The notes under the pieces: generated by a model
What the model saw: the letters and a program-made list of their open reading frames with translations, nothing else
The model's database searches: none
Told to the model about the DNA's origin: nothing
Source of the DNA: Catajapyx aquilonaris
Lineage: Eukaryota
Assembly (NCBI GenBank): GCA_000934665.2
Contig: JYFJ02001519.1
Span: forward strand, 1 to 64,000
Direction: 5' to 3'
DNA length: 64,000 nt
Made by a program: the position numbers and the translations under genes
Shown here: positions 10,634 to 24,300 of the stretch, in pieces
Layout of the letters: each line of letters begins with the position of its first letter
Position numbering within the stretch: the stretch's first letter is position 1

Positions 10634-11600
10634 TAGTTTTACGAAATGTCTGATGGGGATTGATGATCAGATTATTTGTCAAGAGGAAAAGGGGTTTCCT
10701 ATGTTGCCATGTAGCCTACTATTCCTTTCACCTATAGGCACTTTTTTACTTGCTGGCACTCGTGGCGTGGTTGTGATAATGTGTATAAGCTTGAGTTAGG
10801 GATAGTGAAAAGTGAGCTGCAATTGTGCCATGTCATCATAGCTGTTTATTGAGCATGTCTGTTCTACCAGAGTTGCTGACCACCATTTCACATTTCAGTG
10901 TGTCATGAAGACCTTTGACAGTGTGAAGGGATCAAGTCTGCTACAGACCATTGGTGCCTGGAAATCCTTGGAGAAATTCACAGGTCTCAACTGCATTCAC
11001 CATTAGTGGCCCATCTCAAGCCAAGTCATGTCTTGGAGCAGTATTATTTGCACTGCACAACTCACCTGGGAAGCAGCTGACTGGATGGTGACTTTCTTGT
11101 ATGTTATTTGACGTGTAAGATTGCCTTTTTGTGGTTCAATGGTTCATAATGTTATGGTTTGACTGCAGTTTACGTGCCTTACTGGATGCATTACCGAAGA
11201 CACGGAAAACAGTATTTCAGCATTGTGATCAAACTTTTGGCAGTTTATGGATTTTTTCATAATTTTTGTCAAAGATGATAAAAAATAAGTTGTGTGCTGC
11301 AAGTCTTCCACAAATCTGGATATGTTTTACTGAGTTTGGTGCTCCCATTGCACCATGTCCAGAAAAATTGTCCAGCTAGAAAAGAACCAGAAAGGTGTGT
11401 TATTAATATTGCTGACAGCATTGTTAACAGCAATGTAGAACAAACGTTTCTGGCTATTTTGCAGAGAGAGGAAGTACAATCAGGGCTAATTCTGAATATT
11501 TGCATAGAATAGTCATTTATTTTGATGGGGTTTTGATTATCCCCTGACTAAGGTCTGGTTGCACTGCCTCCCAAAAATTATGTCTGCTGAGAAAGTTACT

Positions 11601-11689
11601 GAAAATCATACTACGTGCAAATCTAAACTTTTTTTATTATTACCGTAGTTGGCATTTTTCAGATCCCATTCCCATTTTATTCCCATTTT
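11601..11689 (+). repeat. Inserted copy of 8913-8990 flanked by the 10-bp direct repeat GAAAGTTACT
   Basis: GAAAGTTACT lies at 11591-11600 and 11690-11699. The insert ends with a reiterated tcccatttt. Confidence 0.88.
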
Positions 11690-12795
11690 GAAAGTTACTA
11701 TGCCTTGGACGAAATATCCGTGGATGCCAAAATACAAAGTTTTCCCATAAGCACTGGAATGGATGGCTCTTGAAGTGCCCTAGTCGGCCTAGTGGGTGGA
11801 GTGGATGACTCATGATGATTTTCAGGTACAAAATCCAAACTGTGCTCATTCTAAGCTGCTAAGAATGGCACAATTATACAGCATTGTTATATTGGTAATG
11901 TATGGTAATTTTCCAGTAGTACTGTAAATTAATTGATATGAATGAGCTGACATTTGCATTTCATCCATCCAGCTGCCAAGAGGCAGTGAATGTGTTTCTG
12001 AGGAAAACCTAGGAGAATCTGAAATGTATTGCATTTACAAGCCCTCCAGCAATGACGGAAAGCAAAATTGAACAACATTTTGCTTTCAAGTTGTGTTTAG
12101 TGTACAGAATGTGGCAATCTAAGACTGGGCCTATATTGTAGTCTGCAGTTGTACACAATTTGTGTTCCTTTATTTCTAAAAGCCAAATGTGTAGGTTCGA
12201 TGTAGGACTTGTGCAGTTATAAAACAGTAGGCCTACCATGTTACAAAACACAGAGGAAGCTTTAAAAAATCAAGGTTTTTGGTTACTCTGCACATATTGA
12301 CTCAAAACTGAAATGACGTCCACTGTTATTTTTTCAATGCAACAAATTATTGAACATGCCTTTTGTGCGGTTATATTTAGAATAGGCCTTGATCTGAGAT
12401 TATCAGGCAGTTGTACCCACCTTGCCACAGAAGATGCTATTATATTTTTCCTTTCTTACTTTCTGGTGCTGATCCCATAAAGCATACACAGGGTGGTGAA
12501 AATTTATTCAAATGATTTGACCTGCATACTGCATGCCATTACACACCACTCTACATGTTTTCAGATATACATATGAGAATTTAAAACGCTGGACTTGCTT
12601 TTACAACAATTGTCACAGCACTCCGAGAACACATCTTGGTAGGAACTTGGGATTTCATAGTTCTCTCAAACAGAAAATAGATATGAACGCCAGGAATACT
12701 CATAGAGAAAATTAACTCAGTGGGTTGGCCATGGTTTTACCCTCATAGATGTGGCTTGGACAATAGTATTTTGTACGCCTTGAGCTAGTTCCGCA

Positions 12796-15700
12796 TTAGT
12801 ACACTTTGAGCTGGTTCCGCTCATCAAAGCCGGCAGAGTGCCCAGCATTCCTGACAATGAAGGAGCTTCCATCATAATGCATGCGCCTCTCCCCCCTCTT
12901 TACAAAGAGGTGAGAGGTCTGTCCGAGAGAAGCAGTGCAGTGCAGGAATGGAGTGGTCACCGAGGCGGTTCCATTGCTGGGACTGGTGCGCATCTGGTAC
13001 TTGTTGTTATTGCGGCCTACGCGGACCAGACCATCGCGTGTCTGGGACACCTGTTGTGGAGGAACAATTAGTGATTTGAATTAGTAATCTGTACTCTGCA
13101 ACAGGAGCCTGTGGTCTTTTAATAGCCGATATAATTTTATGATGTGATAACTGCCTCATTGTTGTTTGATTTTGAGAGTGGTGTGGAAAGGGGGAATCAC
13201 ACTGACCAATTTCACACTCTCTTAGTGACAGCAGATTGAAACTACCTACACCATGCAATATGCACTCCCAAAATGTGCCACACACTACTGGCTACTTAGG
13301 CCACACTAATGTTCTAAGTGCACTATATTCCATTATTTTTCTTCCAGTTGGTGGACAGTGCCAGATTAAATGGCCTCAGAAACTTTTCATCAGGAAATGC
13401 TTCCTCCAGTTAAATCAGAATTTGGGAGAAAGACCTGACAGGCAAGGATCTCCATCAAAGCAACAGAAGTGACCACTCACCCGCAGACCATTGACAAGCC
13501 AGTTGTCTGATCCATCATCTCCAATCCAGAACTGTGCCATCTGAAGCTGGGACACACATTCCGACACCATGGCTGGCCCGTGCCTGGCATTACCCAAGAA
13601 AACAGGGACGCTCACATCTTGCTTTAGGTTGGAGAATGAGTCTGTCGTCGTACGGGTGCCAGCTGAGTCAACAAGGTACACCAAGGCACACCTCTCTGAG
13701 GTGAAGCTTACACCCTTGTACCACATCTTGGCGTACTTGTGGTTGCGGCGGGGGTCGTGTGTCATGATCTCAACTCGACTTCCATACTGCCACACACGGC
13801 CATTGGGGTGTACCATTGCAGCTGAGCTTCCATCTGCTGACAGTGATAGTACTGTGTTATTCTTGGTATTACACACACGTACTGATTGGTCACAAGTCAG
13901 CTCCACACGGACTCTGTCACGAAGACGAAGGGCAATGGTGCCATGAGGAGTTGCAGTGGCACCCAGAGCAAGGTTGGGGTCACTATGCTCGCGCCACATG
14001 TCATAGTGGGCCATCTCATCAGGGAGCCCTGGATAGAAAGAAGACAGTCCCGGAGGCATGCCAGGCTGGCGTCCACGGCTCGAACGAGCTCCACGACGCC
14101 CGCTGCGCTGCACAGCACTGCTGCGACCAACTCGCCCCGATCCAACGACGGTGCTCTGATGTCCAGGACTGATGTACATTGGCATTGGCTCATCTTCATC
14201 ATTCACTGTAATGTGGTGGGATTGGTGCATCGGTGGAATGTATAGACCGTTGTCATGGCGGTGCTGGACATGGTAGAGAGATGGGTTCATCACCGATCCT
14301 CCTGATGACTGAAAGGACTCATCTGATGGCACCACATCAACACTGCTGTTGCTTTCAGTGACTGCAATGTTGCTGTTTGCATCCACCTCCTCTGGAAAAT
14401 CATTGATACTCAGGTCTTGCAGTCCAAAGTCCTGGAGCTGGTCATCCAGGTCGTTGTGAGTTTGTGGAGGAAGCCACTGGCCCACCTGCGTCTCCAGGAT
14501 GCGAGCCACATTATGGCGCTGTGGTAGGTATAGGCATGACATTAGTTTACTAGGCACATGTTACATTGTATTAGTCAAACTGAAATACAGGCATAGCAGT
14601 CCTCAATATTACATAGCCTCAAGTTACATAGATCTAGAATTATGTAAAAAAAATTCCATCATGAGCAAGAAAATAGAAAAATTTATGGAACAAACTTTAA
14701 AAGCAGTGATGTTATATTCCAAAGTCACAAAATTGTGCCAGGTGTGGGGTCCCGGGTCGCTGTTCTCAGTACTAATTCATAAGATGCAGATTGGCAAAGT
14801 CATAATTATGATCCAAGGTTGGACAGTGGCATACAAGCCCAATATAATTGTGCAGTCACCCTAAAATCACAAAGACACACCCAACACATGGTGCCAGGAC
14901 CCACCACTTGGCACAAGTGTTGTTATTTTGGAATAGCATGTAATAAAACATCCAAGTTGCTTATAACTCGACATAAGCATGAGGCTGTGGAACAATCTGC
15001 TTTAGTTAGTTGGGGACTTCCTCTGGGCAAGGAAAGGCCATTAGGGGCAGTTTTTCCAGTGCCGGATAGGTTGAATGAGAGATAAAGAGATCATGACGAG
15101 ACGTGGGAGCACAAATGGTTCTCGGTTAGAGTCTAGGGCTTAAGTTGAGAGGGAAAGTGGGACGAACAAGCTAGTTCATTAAGGACAGAAAAGAGAAACA
15201 AGGATTACATCGTTTTACAGGAGAGCCAAAAGAAACCTACAAACACCTATACAAAAAGGGATTGTGGCGTTTTGATTTTCAGTTCCAACTCTGACATCAC
15301 TTGTCCCATGAGCTCGCTGTTTTGTCAGAATGTGATGATGCAACACTTGATGGTGCTGGCAAGGTCATACTCCTAATTGAGCAAAAGGTGTCGAATTCTT
15401 CCTTCTTTTGTCAGATTAATGACAAAGTAACTTCAGGGATGTCTCACTGCATTCCTTGTTATAGAAAATCCCTAATCCCCTACTTCATCTCTATACTTTG
15501 TCACAGTAATTAAATTACATTTACAAGAGCTTCAAATTAACTAGTTACTTCTGCTTAGAGGCTACCTGACACAAATCCTGTCAATTTTGAAAGTGTTCCA
15601 TAATAAAACTAGACTCCCAATTATTGCTTTTTTTTTGTTCTGGCATAAAAATGGTATCAAAACTTCAACAATGCGACCGTCTTGTGTCCTCAACACCATT

Positions 15701-16233
15701 CTCTGGTTGATAAGTTGTGTGCAGCTCGAGCTGGCGTTGGTTATAAACGTGGTTGGATTTTCATCTCCTTTCTGATAATCCAGCTTCTGCCATAGTCAGT
15801 AATCCTACAGATTACCATGGTTACTAATATTGTTGACAGCACAATTCTATTACTATAAAGCATAGAACTTTAAAAAAAAAAAGTATGACCCAAATGTTAT
15901 TAGATTTGAAATTAAGAAACATTGTCTGGGTATGGCTGTGAACATGCAAAATAAATGGGAAATCCATGTGCTCCAGACTGAAATGGAACACTTCATTTGA
16001 CCCCCTGACCTTCCTCGAAAGACACTCACCCTGGACTCGAACTGCCCCTGGAATGCGGTGTAGAGGCTCCTGGGTCGCACTGCCACCCCTTGACCTCCAT
16101 TCTGCTGCCCACTGGAGGCTCCTGATGGTCCGGTGTTGGCCCCTCCTCCTTGTTGCCCCTGGGTCGGCCCCTGCTGCTGCTGCTGCCCTCCTTCCTTGCC
16201 CCTGTCCTCAACTGCGCTGGTTGCGTTGGGCAT
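12796..16233 (-). CDS. Uncharacterised 498-aa protein, 3 coding exons; low-complexity N-terminus and beta-rich C-terminal domain
   Basis: Exons are 16233-16030 (MPNATS...QFESR|gtgagt, 68 codons), 14518-13481 (ccacag|RHNVAR...VNGLR|gtgagt, 346 codons) and 13050-12796 (caacag|VSQTRD...NQLKVY*). All junctions are phase 0. The exons are GC-richer than the flanking introns. Confidence 0.85.
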
Positions 16234-18050
16234 CTTTCCTGTTCAATTTTCTGTTTTTTTAAGTGCCTATTGTTACCTGTTTGTAAAGGCGACGGACAAA
16301 ATGATAACCGGCCCCCGATTTGCTATTTGAGAAACGACCCGACCACCCTTTTCGGAAGCTGTGAATTTGTTCGGAACTGATTTGCCCACACTCCCGCCAG
16401 AATTCTGCTTGTTGGACCCTCGATTCATTGGAATGTTTATTTTGGATACCAAGGGCGCCATGTTCCAAGCACGGTTGTCAGGGACTGCAGGGGTGCCAAT
16501 AATAAGTGAATGGGTGAACTCTGACCTCACGCATATTATTGTATGCAACCGGTGTATACACACAGATTGACCAAAAATAGGACGACTGACCATGGGAGAA
16601 TAATTTATTCACTGTTATTCATTATTTAATCAGATTGTTGTCAACAATGAAGGTGACGTCATATTTGGAGAGAATTCCGGCGAAATAATTCTAGAAAATT
16701 TTGCTCTGAGCATTTTTGTTGGAGGAGGTTGCATAATAGCGTTAATGATGTTTGGAAGTTAGAATTTCACAAGAGGGGCAATCAAGTGAGATGAAGTCGA
16801 AAAATATTTTTTTCCAAGTTTTGGAATGCCAATTGGCAGCAGTTATTTCGCGGATCTGCAAAGCATGAACCTGTGAAAGATTATGTATTATGAAAGTTGG
16901 ATAGGAAACTTTTTAAATGAATGCTGCGTTTAATTCGATCGATAAGGATTATAGAGGATTTAATAGCATTTTTTCACTTCTACACCCTGCTCGTTTATTA
17001 ATGATTTTTAAAAAAAAAAAATATTCTGGAATGACTGGAATTCCCGATGCTTTTGGAGTGCGAGTGTATTGTGGATGTGACGTAAACGGTGTTTTAAAGG
17101 GACCTCCATCAATGGCAACGAAAGGAGACAAATGAACCAGTTTCCTTTGCAGAGTTCCGATCCTTTTTTGGAGATCTTAAAAGGAGAGCCCAATGAGCGT
17201 CCTTTTGTGAAGACAGTCTCGTGCCTCTTGACTTCGTAACGGCCTCCATGAAATTGCAGTTTGGAGGGGGGAATTATATATAGAGACATACCAAAAAGAA
17301 AAGGGGGGGGGGGNGGGGGGGCTTTATCAATTTCACGGATGGATATCTGCTGCGAACACGGCCAAATGGGAATCGATTCTTGCCTTCACAGCTTGACCGG
17401 TACGGAAGTTGACAAAACTTTTGTCGACGAGACAGTGTTACTTTATTGTTTGTTTTGGAAGTTGTATAGAGAGAAACCCACGCGACATTTATTTGTACAG
17501 AGTGTTTTTTGAAAATCTGGACTTTATTACACCGTCACTGCAGAAGAGTGTAAGCTGGTCAGCGATACAAAAGATTTAAATATACAGTCAATCTCTATAT
17601 GGTTTGATACATTATTATTATTTTTTTGCAATCCTAATGGCTTGCATGCACACTGGTGGGATTTACGGAAAGAAAATATACAGCTTGTTTGAGGGAGACG
17701 GTATTTTGGCCAGATGAAAATACCAAAAATACTGACGGGGAGACAGTCTGTACAACGGCACGTGATGACTGAGGAACAAATTGTTCTAGCAACTACGTCA
17801 TGAAACACTCGTCAAGGTTTCTCTCTAAATTTGTTTGAGTGTAATTTTTACTTCATGTACACTATCCTCAAACTGACGCAAATCTGCAAAGTAAAGCAGC
17901 TTTTTCGACCATTTGAGCATAATTAAACATGGACAGAAAAATGCTCAGTCATTTACAAGAAAATATTTTAATCAACCGGTTGCTATTTTAAGATGATAAA
18001 AAGTTAAAAAACGGCTCAAACTAATTTTAGAGAGAGTATAGTACTGTATA

Positions 18051-18089
18051 CAGGGTGTACCATAGCCATTGAGTGGCAGGTACACCCTG
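18051..18089. mobile_element. 39-bp hairpin, collapsed MITE with CAGGGTG ends
   Basis: TA-cagggtgtacc...ggtacaccctg. It shares its terminal motif with 10189-10452 and lies just downstream of the GPCR stop codon. Confidence 0.5.
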
Positions 18090-18319
18090 GGGAATACAAA
18101 CATTTAATGGAATGACACGTACGAAAAAACGAGTTTAACATGAAAGTAAAACATACTGGAATCGAGTTCAATGCGGGACTGAAACCATGCACACAATACT
18201 GGAACCACGTTGAGCATTGCCGAAAAAAATGAGAGGTAGAGAACTAATATTATATGCACAATATTTGGTCGGCGGGTCTTCCACATCATGTCCAGTGGAA
18301 AGTGGACAGCACAGCGAAC

Positions 18320-21300
18320 TTAAACGTAGCAAGACTGCGGCCGAGGCGGTTCCTTCCCATTGTTTGGCACCATGCAAATTTTACGGCTACTGAAGTGGTT
18401 CAGGTCCGTTTCCATTGTTGAGGTCTCGAAGGCTGCGCTCCAGAACTTGGTGGATCTTCTTCTGTTGGACTTGGTTCCGGATCTTCTGACGCTGAATTTG
18501 GAGTACTGTCGTCTAATGGCGTCTTGGACGTCCCTGCAGAGGAAGCAGTAGAAGACTGACAGCGCGACGCCTTGAGTGGACTTGTAGAGCGCCAAACAGA
18601 CGTCGTATATGTCCTTGGTGGAGCTTCCGTCCTTTGGACTCACCAGGAAGAACAAGTTGGCGATTCCCAGGAGAGGGAATAACAGGAGAGTGGCTCGGAT
18701 GGCACGGCTGTGTGGGTGTAAAGGCAAACAACTGGTGTAAAGGAACGTCCGAGAACCTCTCAGATGGAAGTGGACTTACATGATTTTTGCGGATTCGGCG
18801 CTCGGACTACCTCTGAGTTTGGTCACCACTATGCGGATGATGTTCACCATGAAGATTAGGTTGGCCTGGAATTAGGAGGCTTCTTAGCATGGTATAAAAT
18901 GAGGGACTCTTCATGACTAAAATTATGCCTATACTTAATAGGGCAATTCAATGGCTGAAAGACGTACATTGTATTCTTGAATGCTTGTATTCTACAGGGA
19001 CCCGGCCTTCTCTTTCTAGTGTGTGATAACATTCTTTTCCGTTTTAGCCTACAGTATAATATTATTCATGCTTAAATGAACTATGAATTTGAATGCACCT
19101 GAGCCCCTACATGTTGTTGGCTATAAGCAGCCGTCCCGCCATTTTGTATAATCCCAGGTGGCCCTAAATAAACTCCACATACTATTATGATGCGAGCATA
19201 TAGTGCAGCATTGTGTGGGTGGATGTATTGTGATCCACGTGTCATGCAGTGAAAGCATGCCCTTGAGTGTGTCTACCCCCCCCCCCCNCCCCCCCCCTTT
19301 TCCCAACACGAGGACCTTCTTTGGACTAGACTAAAAGGGCGGAGGTACTTACTATGAGAGCTATGGACATAGGTACTGTGATGATGAAGATATAGGGCAG
19401 GTCGGAATAATTGATCCAACATGGATCGTCGTATTCGGCAGCCATCACGCTGGCCCATATGAGTATCAGTGTAAGTGGTAGCCCTGCCGACGCAAGCATT
19501 GACGTTATACAAATGCTTTCAAGGTATACCCTATATAGTTACTGTACGAAACTGTCGAGTAGAAAATGGATGGTCCGAACCACTCACCCCATCCAATTAC
19601 GTAGTAGAGCTTGAAGGGTGCTCCCGAGTCGAAGATATTGGTTGTGATTCTTGAGTGGAGAAAAAGGCCTTCGACGAACATCCACATCATTACTGTCATT
19701 ATGGAATACATTTGCACGGACAGGATGGTCCTGCACAGCCAAGGCTGCAAGAGATTTATCATTATGTGCGGCACGTGGAGAGAGAAAGCTTGAACGTCAC
19801 ATGGCAGCTACTGTAAGTTAATAATTTTTTTCTCTTTGTAAAGTGTACATCAATATTTTATAATTTTATACGCATACTCTTTTATAAAAGTTAATTAATT
19901 TATATTGCAGGGGTACGCCTCTTCCGTTTGCACCAATCAGCTGTGCCAGAGCCTGAACTATACAACATGAGTCACTTAATGACGGCTCCAACTGTCTCTT
20001 TAGAATTCACCGACCTTGTGAATGTAACTGCGCTGCTCTTCGTCTAGGAAGGAGGAACCCACGCTGATTATCACAATTAGGAAGCGTAGAATGAGCGCTA
20101 CCACCAAGTTCTTGTGGACTCTGAGCCGGTCGCAGTTGAGACTCCTGAGGGACAAGCAAAGGTTTCTCTAATAAGCACGCAACTTGCCTCACAAACACAG
20201 ATCTCTAAAGAGGATTTACAGCAGGCGGTGGCTCGGAGGAAATTTAATGTGTTGGTTGGGCACGATTTCATCCGGATATGAGTGTATATTTGGAATTCCA
20301 TCAGGGAGCCAACTTTGGACCGATTCCGGGAGATGCCAATTCCGCTCTAAGTGGATTTGCCATATTCCCGGATGCCCACTCGACGACACGTCCTGAATCT
20401 ATTATTTATCCATAATTGAGATGTTTGAGGAGGAATTAAGCGCATTCGCTTCGGCTTGAGAGGGCCAGTCCTAGAATTGATTAGATAATTATGGAGTGGA
20501 ATTGAGACAATTTTTGGATTCAGAAACAATTGCGGATGTGCGACACATATTTTTTTTAGGTCAGACAGTAAGTTTGAGTTTACGATTTAAGTGTTATGGC
20601 TAAAGTGTGGTGCAGAGTTATAGCTCCTGTTTGGATTACAGTATCGCGATGCCCTTCAACAAGCACTAGCCCTTACGAGCAAAATGTGCAATATTGGCTC
20701 TAATAAAACGGCTACCAGCAGGATTGTACTTGGTTACCCTTCATAACCCGAAAAACGTCGCTATCAAAGTAGCAAAATGGCACCTGCTGCTCTGAGCAAA
20801 TTTCTAAAAAATATTCCGTAACCGCCAACTTGATTCGCTTTGTCACATTTGTAATATTGCTAATGATGTGCCGTTGACTAATTTATGAGTTAATATAGTC
20901 AATTGGTTGAACTTGATTATTATATATGAAGTGTGATCCAGCGAATTATTCTTAAGCATTCTATACTGGAAAAAGTGTGTTTGTTACGTTTCTATTGAAC
21001 GTATATGTTAAACCACGCGGGGAGTTCACTAAAAATGGCCACATAAAGACATTGCACTGCACCTTGCACATCCCCGTCCTGTCATCCTGCCCGTGGGCCC
21101 GGGCGCTACGTAAAAAGGCTCAAATGTACTTGATGTAATAAATAAAGGTCCGTGCTACATACCTCAGATGAGGTCAAGCACTACCCCGGATTATTGAACG
21201 TATGTCAACAAAGTATGACTTTTCACCCCCTGCCAAGTATTTCTTTAAGAAACGAAATTTGTTGCTTTTTCATTGTTGACCCAAAAGCAATTAAGGTCTG

Positions 21301-24300
21301 GAGACCAACGTTACCGATCGATATATTAAGGGACCAAAATTGAGTTGAAGCGGGCAATATATAGCTTTTAAATGTGACAAGAACCGTCGTATTAGGACAC
21401 ATGGGACCTGCAAAATTGACAATTTACTGGCCACATTGCTTTAAAAAGCGTGACACCGCAGCCATATATTTTGTCCAGATTTGCATAAAATAATGCCGCT
21501 CTCACCACATATATTACAGTGTGGAAGCCATAATCCGGCCAATTTTTGAGCGCTTCTAATTGCTGTTCTGCTAGCTTGCAAACACATCTGTCTCCGCGGT
21601 TTGCAAACTCAACGGAACCAAATGACGAGTATACCAAGGACCAGTGCAAATCCGGGCTCAGGAAGACATCTGCGGCCTCTCCTAATGAAATGTGCTCAAC
21701 GAGGAAAGGGAATCCTCTTAGTTTGCCAAGATCCATTCATGCGTTCATGACTCAAGCCAGTCGTCATACGAGGAAGTGCATGGACGGCAGGATCAGACCC
21801 AAAAGATTTTTCAAAGTTTGAGTCACGAACTCTTCTTATTCAAAATTTTGTATTTGCAGGATTTTTCTATGTGAAATGGTCGACAGCCCTTCTAGTCCCA
21901 GTTAAGATTATGTCAAAAAAAGTTCCGGATTTTTATGATACCTTTTGGAACTTCTTGTGGACATGCAGATGCGGGCTGGGAATTTCAAAGTGACGCAAAT
22001 ATTAGCAAGCCGAATTCACCTGCAAGTACTTGCTAGTCAGCGTGCATGCCCAGTAAATAGACTGGGCAGTATTCATATTAAGCCGTATACTGCTGCTGGG
22101 GATGACAGATTCTGCCTGTCCGTACATTCAGCTGCAAATTGACTCAGATTAATCTCTCTTTACGAGCCGATGATCGCCCTCCGTATAATTGAACCGTATT
22201 TGCACAAATAGCTGGACTGTTCTCCGCTTCAGCCAAATTGCACAAACATAATTTGTATGTAATTAATTAACGAAGTACATGAACCCTGCTGAGCGCTTGT
22301 AAATATCTGATGGAATTTACCCTTTTACTTTGGCCGCCAAGAGAATATATTGTAGGAGAGTAATGTAAAGTGCTTTGCGGTGAAGCTGCATCTTTTAGGT
22401 AACACCTTTGACATCCTTTGAGTCAAGAGTTTGAACTTTTTTGGGTGTTGAAGGTGTGACGTAAAGATGAAATTACACGCACTCAACTGCAAGGGAGCAT
22501 AACACCTCAGGTGGTAATTAGTCTTGACACATTGACTTATGAAATCAAGGAACCCTTAATTGGAACTGGCGCTGCCGATAACAATTTCCTACGTTCAATC
22601 TCCGACGTGCATTTGAGAGGAAACTGTTTTGCACCAAGTGCACGTAGTTTATTGCTCATCATGGTAACCTAATTCTGGAACCATAGGAATTGACGCACGG
22701 ACAGGTGTATTTTTAGTAGTTCTTTCGATACCCAGTTAAATTAGTCGGGAAAAGTCACTGACGTGTCCGTGCTGGTTAATTATTGAACTTTATGCATCTC
22801 CTAGCTTCAAAAGCATCACTTCGCGCGACTCCAAATGATTCAGCGAGTCGTGACAACCTGGCCTGACATATGGAGACATCCATACGTGCCCATATCTAAT
22901 AATAGTACGCATGGGTTGCATGTCACAATGATTATGAACATCGGGTCAGTTTACACATTGTTGCGAAACCCACATGCTTCACCGTATGAAAATTTCGTAA
23001 GTGGCAACACCTTGCAGATTTTGATCCATCAATAATTGAACATCCTGGCACCGACGGACACCATGGTCCCTACTCCATGCATGGCATACTGGATGGATTA
23101 GTAATCAGGATTTTGGCATCATGTGAGTCTTGTCAAACATCCGAGCACTTTGCGCATGATGGAAAAGACTAGCACTTGCCTGCAATCGCCAGAGGTGGTG
23201 CGGATGAGGCTGGAATTTTTCTATATCACCGAGCAAGGTGTTAGGTTATTATTTTACACTGGAAAGCGCCGGCCTATTGAATCAGGCATAATTAATTTCC
23301 TCCAACTTGTGTGCTCTAGCGTAAAGTTGTGTCTCGGCAGAAGTCGGTTGGTAGGGGAATGTGAATTATGCTTGGAGGTCATTATCAAGTGCAAATATTG
23401 TCGCTCTGGTATTGGGGGAACGGCTGGGAAGGGGGACTTACTTGAAGTAGCAGAAGACGAAGAGGGTGATGAGAAGACACAGTAGGGATACCCATGATCC
23501 GATGAAGAGGATGTAACGGAGGATGTCAATGATGGCCAACTGTATAGGAGAGGAAAATAATGTTGTGACCTCTCTTGAAATTTGTATCAGGATTAATTGA
23601 AGTGCTTGACAGTTCGTAAGCTTTGCGGTTTCAATTATAACTTTATGTAGTCCTATTGATTGAATTATGCATCATACCATGCTGATCTATTGTTCTAAAT
23701 TTATTGTTCCTTCTACCTGCTATTCATCTTCACGTTTATCTCTTCTTCTTTGTCTCCGAAATGATTTCACCCCGTCGGTATTAGTCTGAAGGATTTTTCG
23801 CCTGCCACATTCTCTCTTAGATCAAATCTGTTTCCATCACCGGAATAATATTTCATTCCTTTCATCTGAAGACACAATCCTTCTTGCGCCTCAATTATAT
23901 CTGAGCGGTTTTCGCCTCGGATTAATCGCTATTACAACAAAGGAGAGTGTTGCTTGGTAATTTTTGCAGCATGGCCTAAACGAGGATTTGCAAATTGCGC
24001 CTGTAATATTTTTTCGTAATACGCTGATGCAATAATGCGTCGGTGTAAGCCCTCATCTGGTTGGAAGGAAACCTGGATTACTGCAATAATCTGAATTTAG
24101 TCCACCAGCACTGCTATTCAGGTGGGATTTACTATAGACCGCAGACAAAATAAGCCGAAAGCTTTCACCAGGTACTGCCTTCCCTTACCTTGCACACTGG
24201 CAGACAGCACTCAACGCAAAGTCCACAGAAGCTTAGAAGCCCCCACATCGAGAATAGTATTGACATACAACATCATCAAAGCTGCACGACTTATTCCTCA

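Noticed and set aside
13569..14245. Overlapping + strand ORFs of 118-125 aa
   Set aside because: They are antisense to the large coding exon at 13481-14518.
23254..23529. Ser-rich 91-aa ORF on the - strand
   Set aside because: It is the wrong frame of the GPCR TM1 exon (23539-23442).
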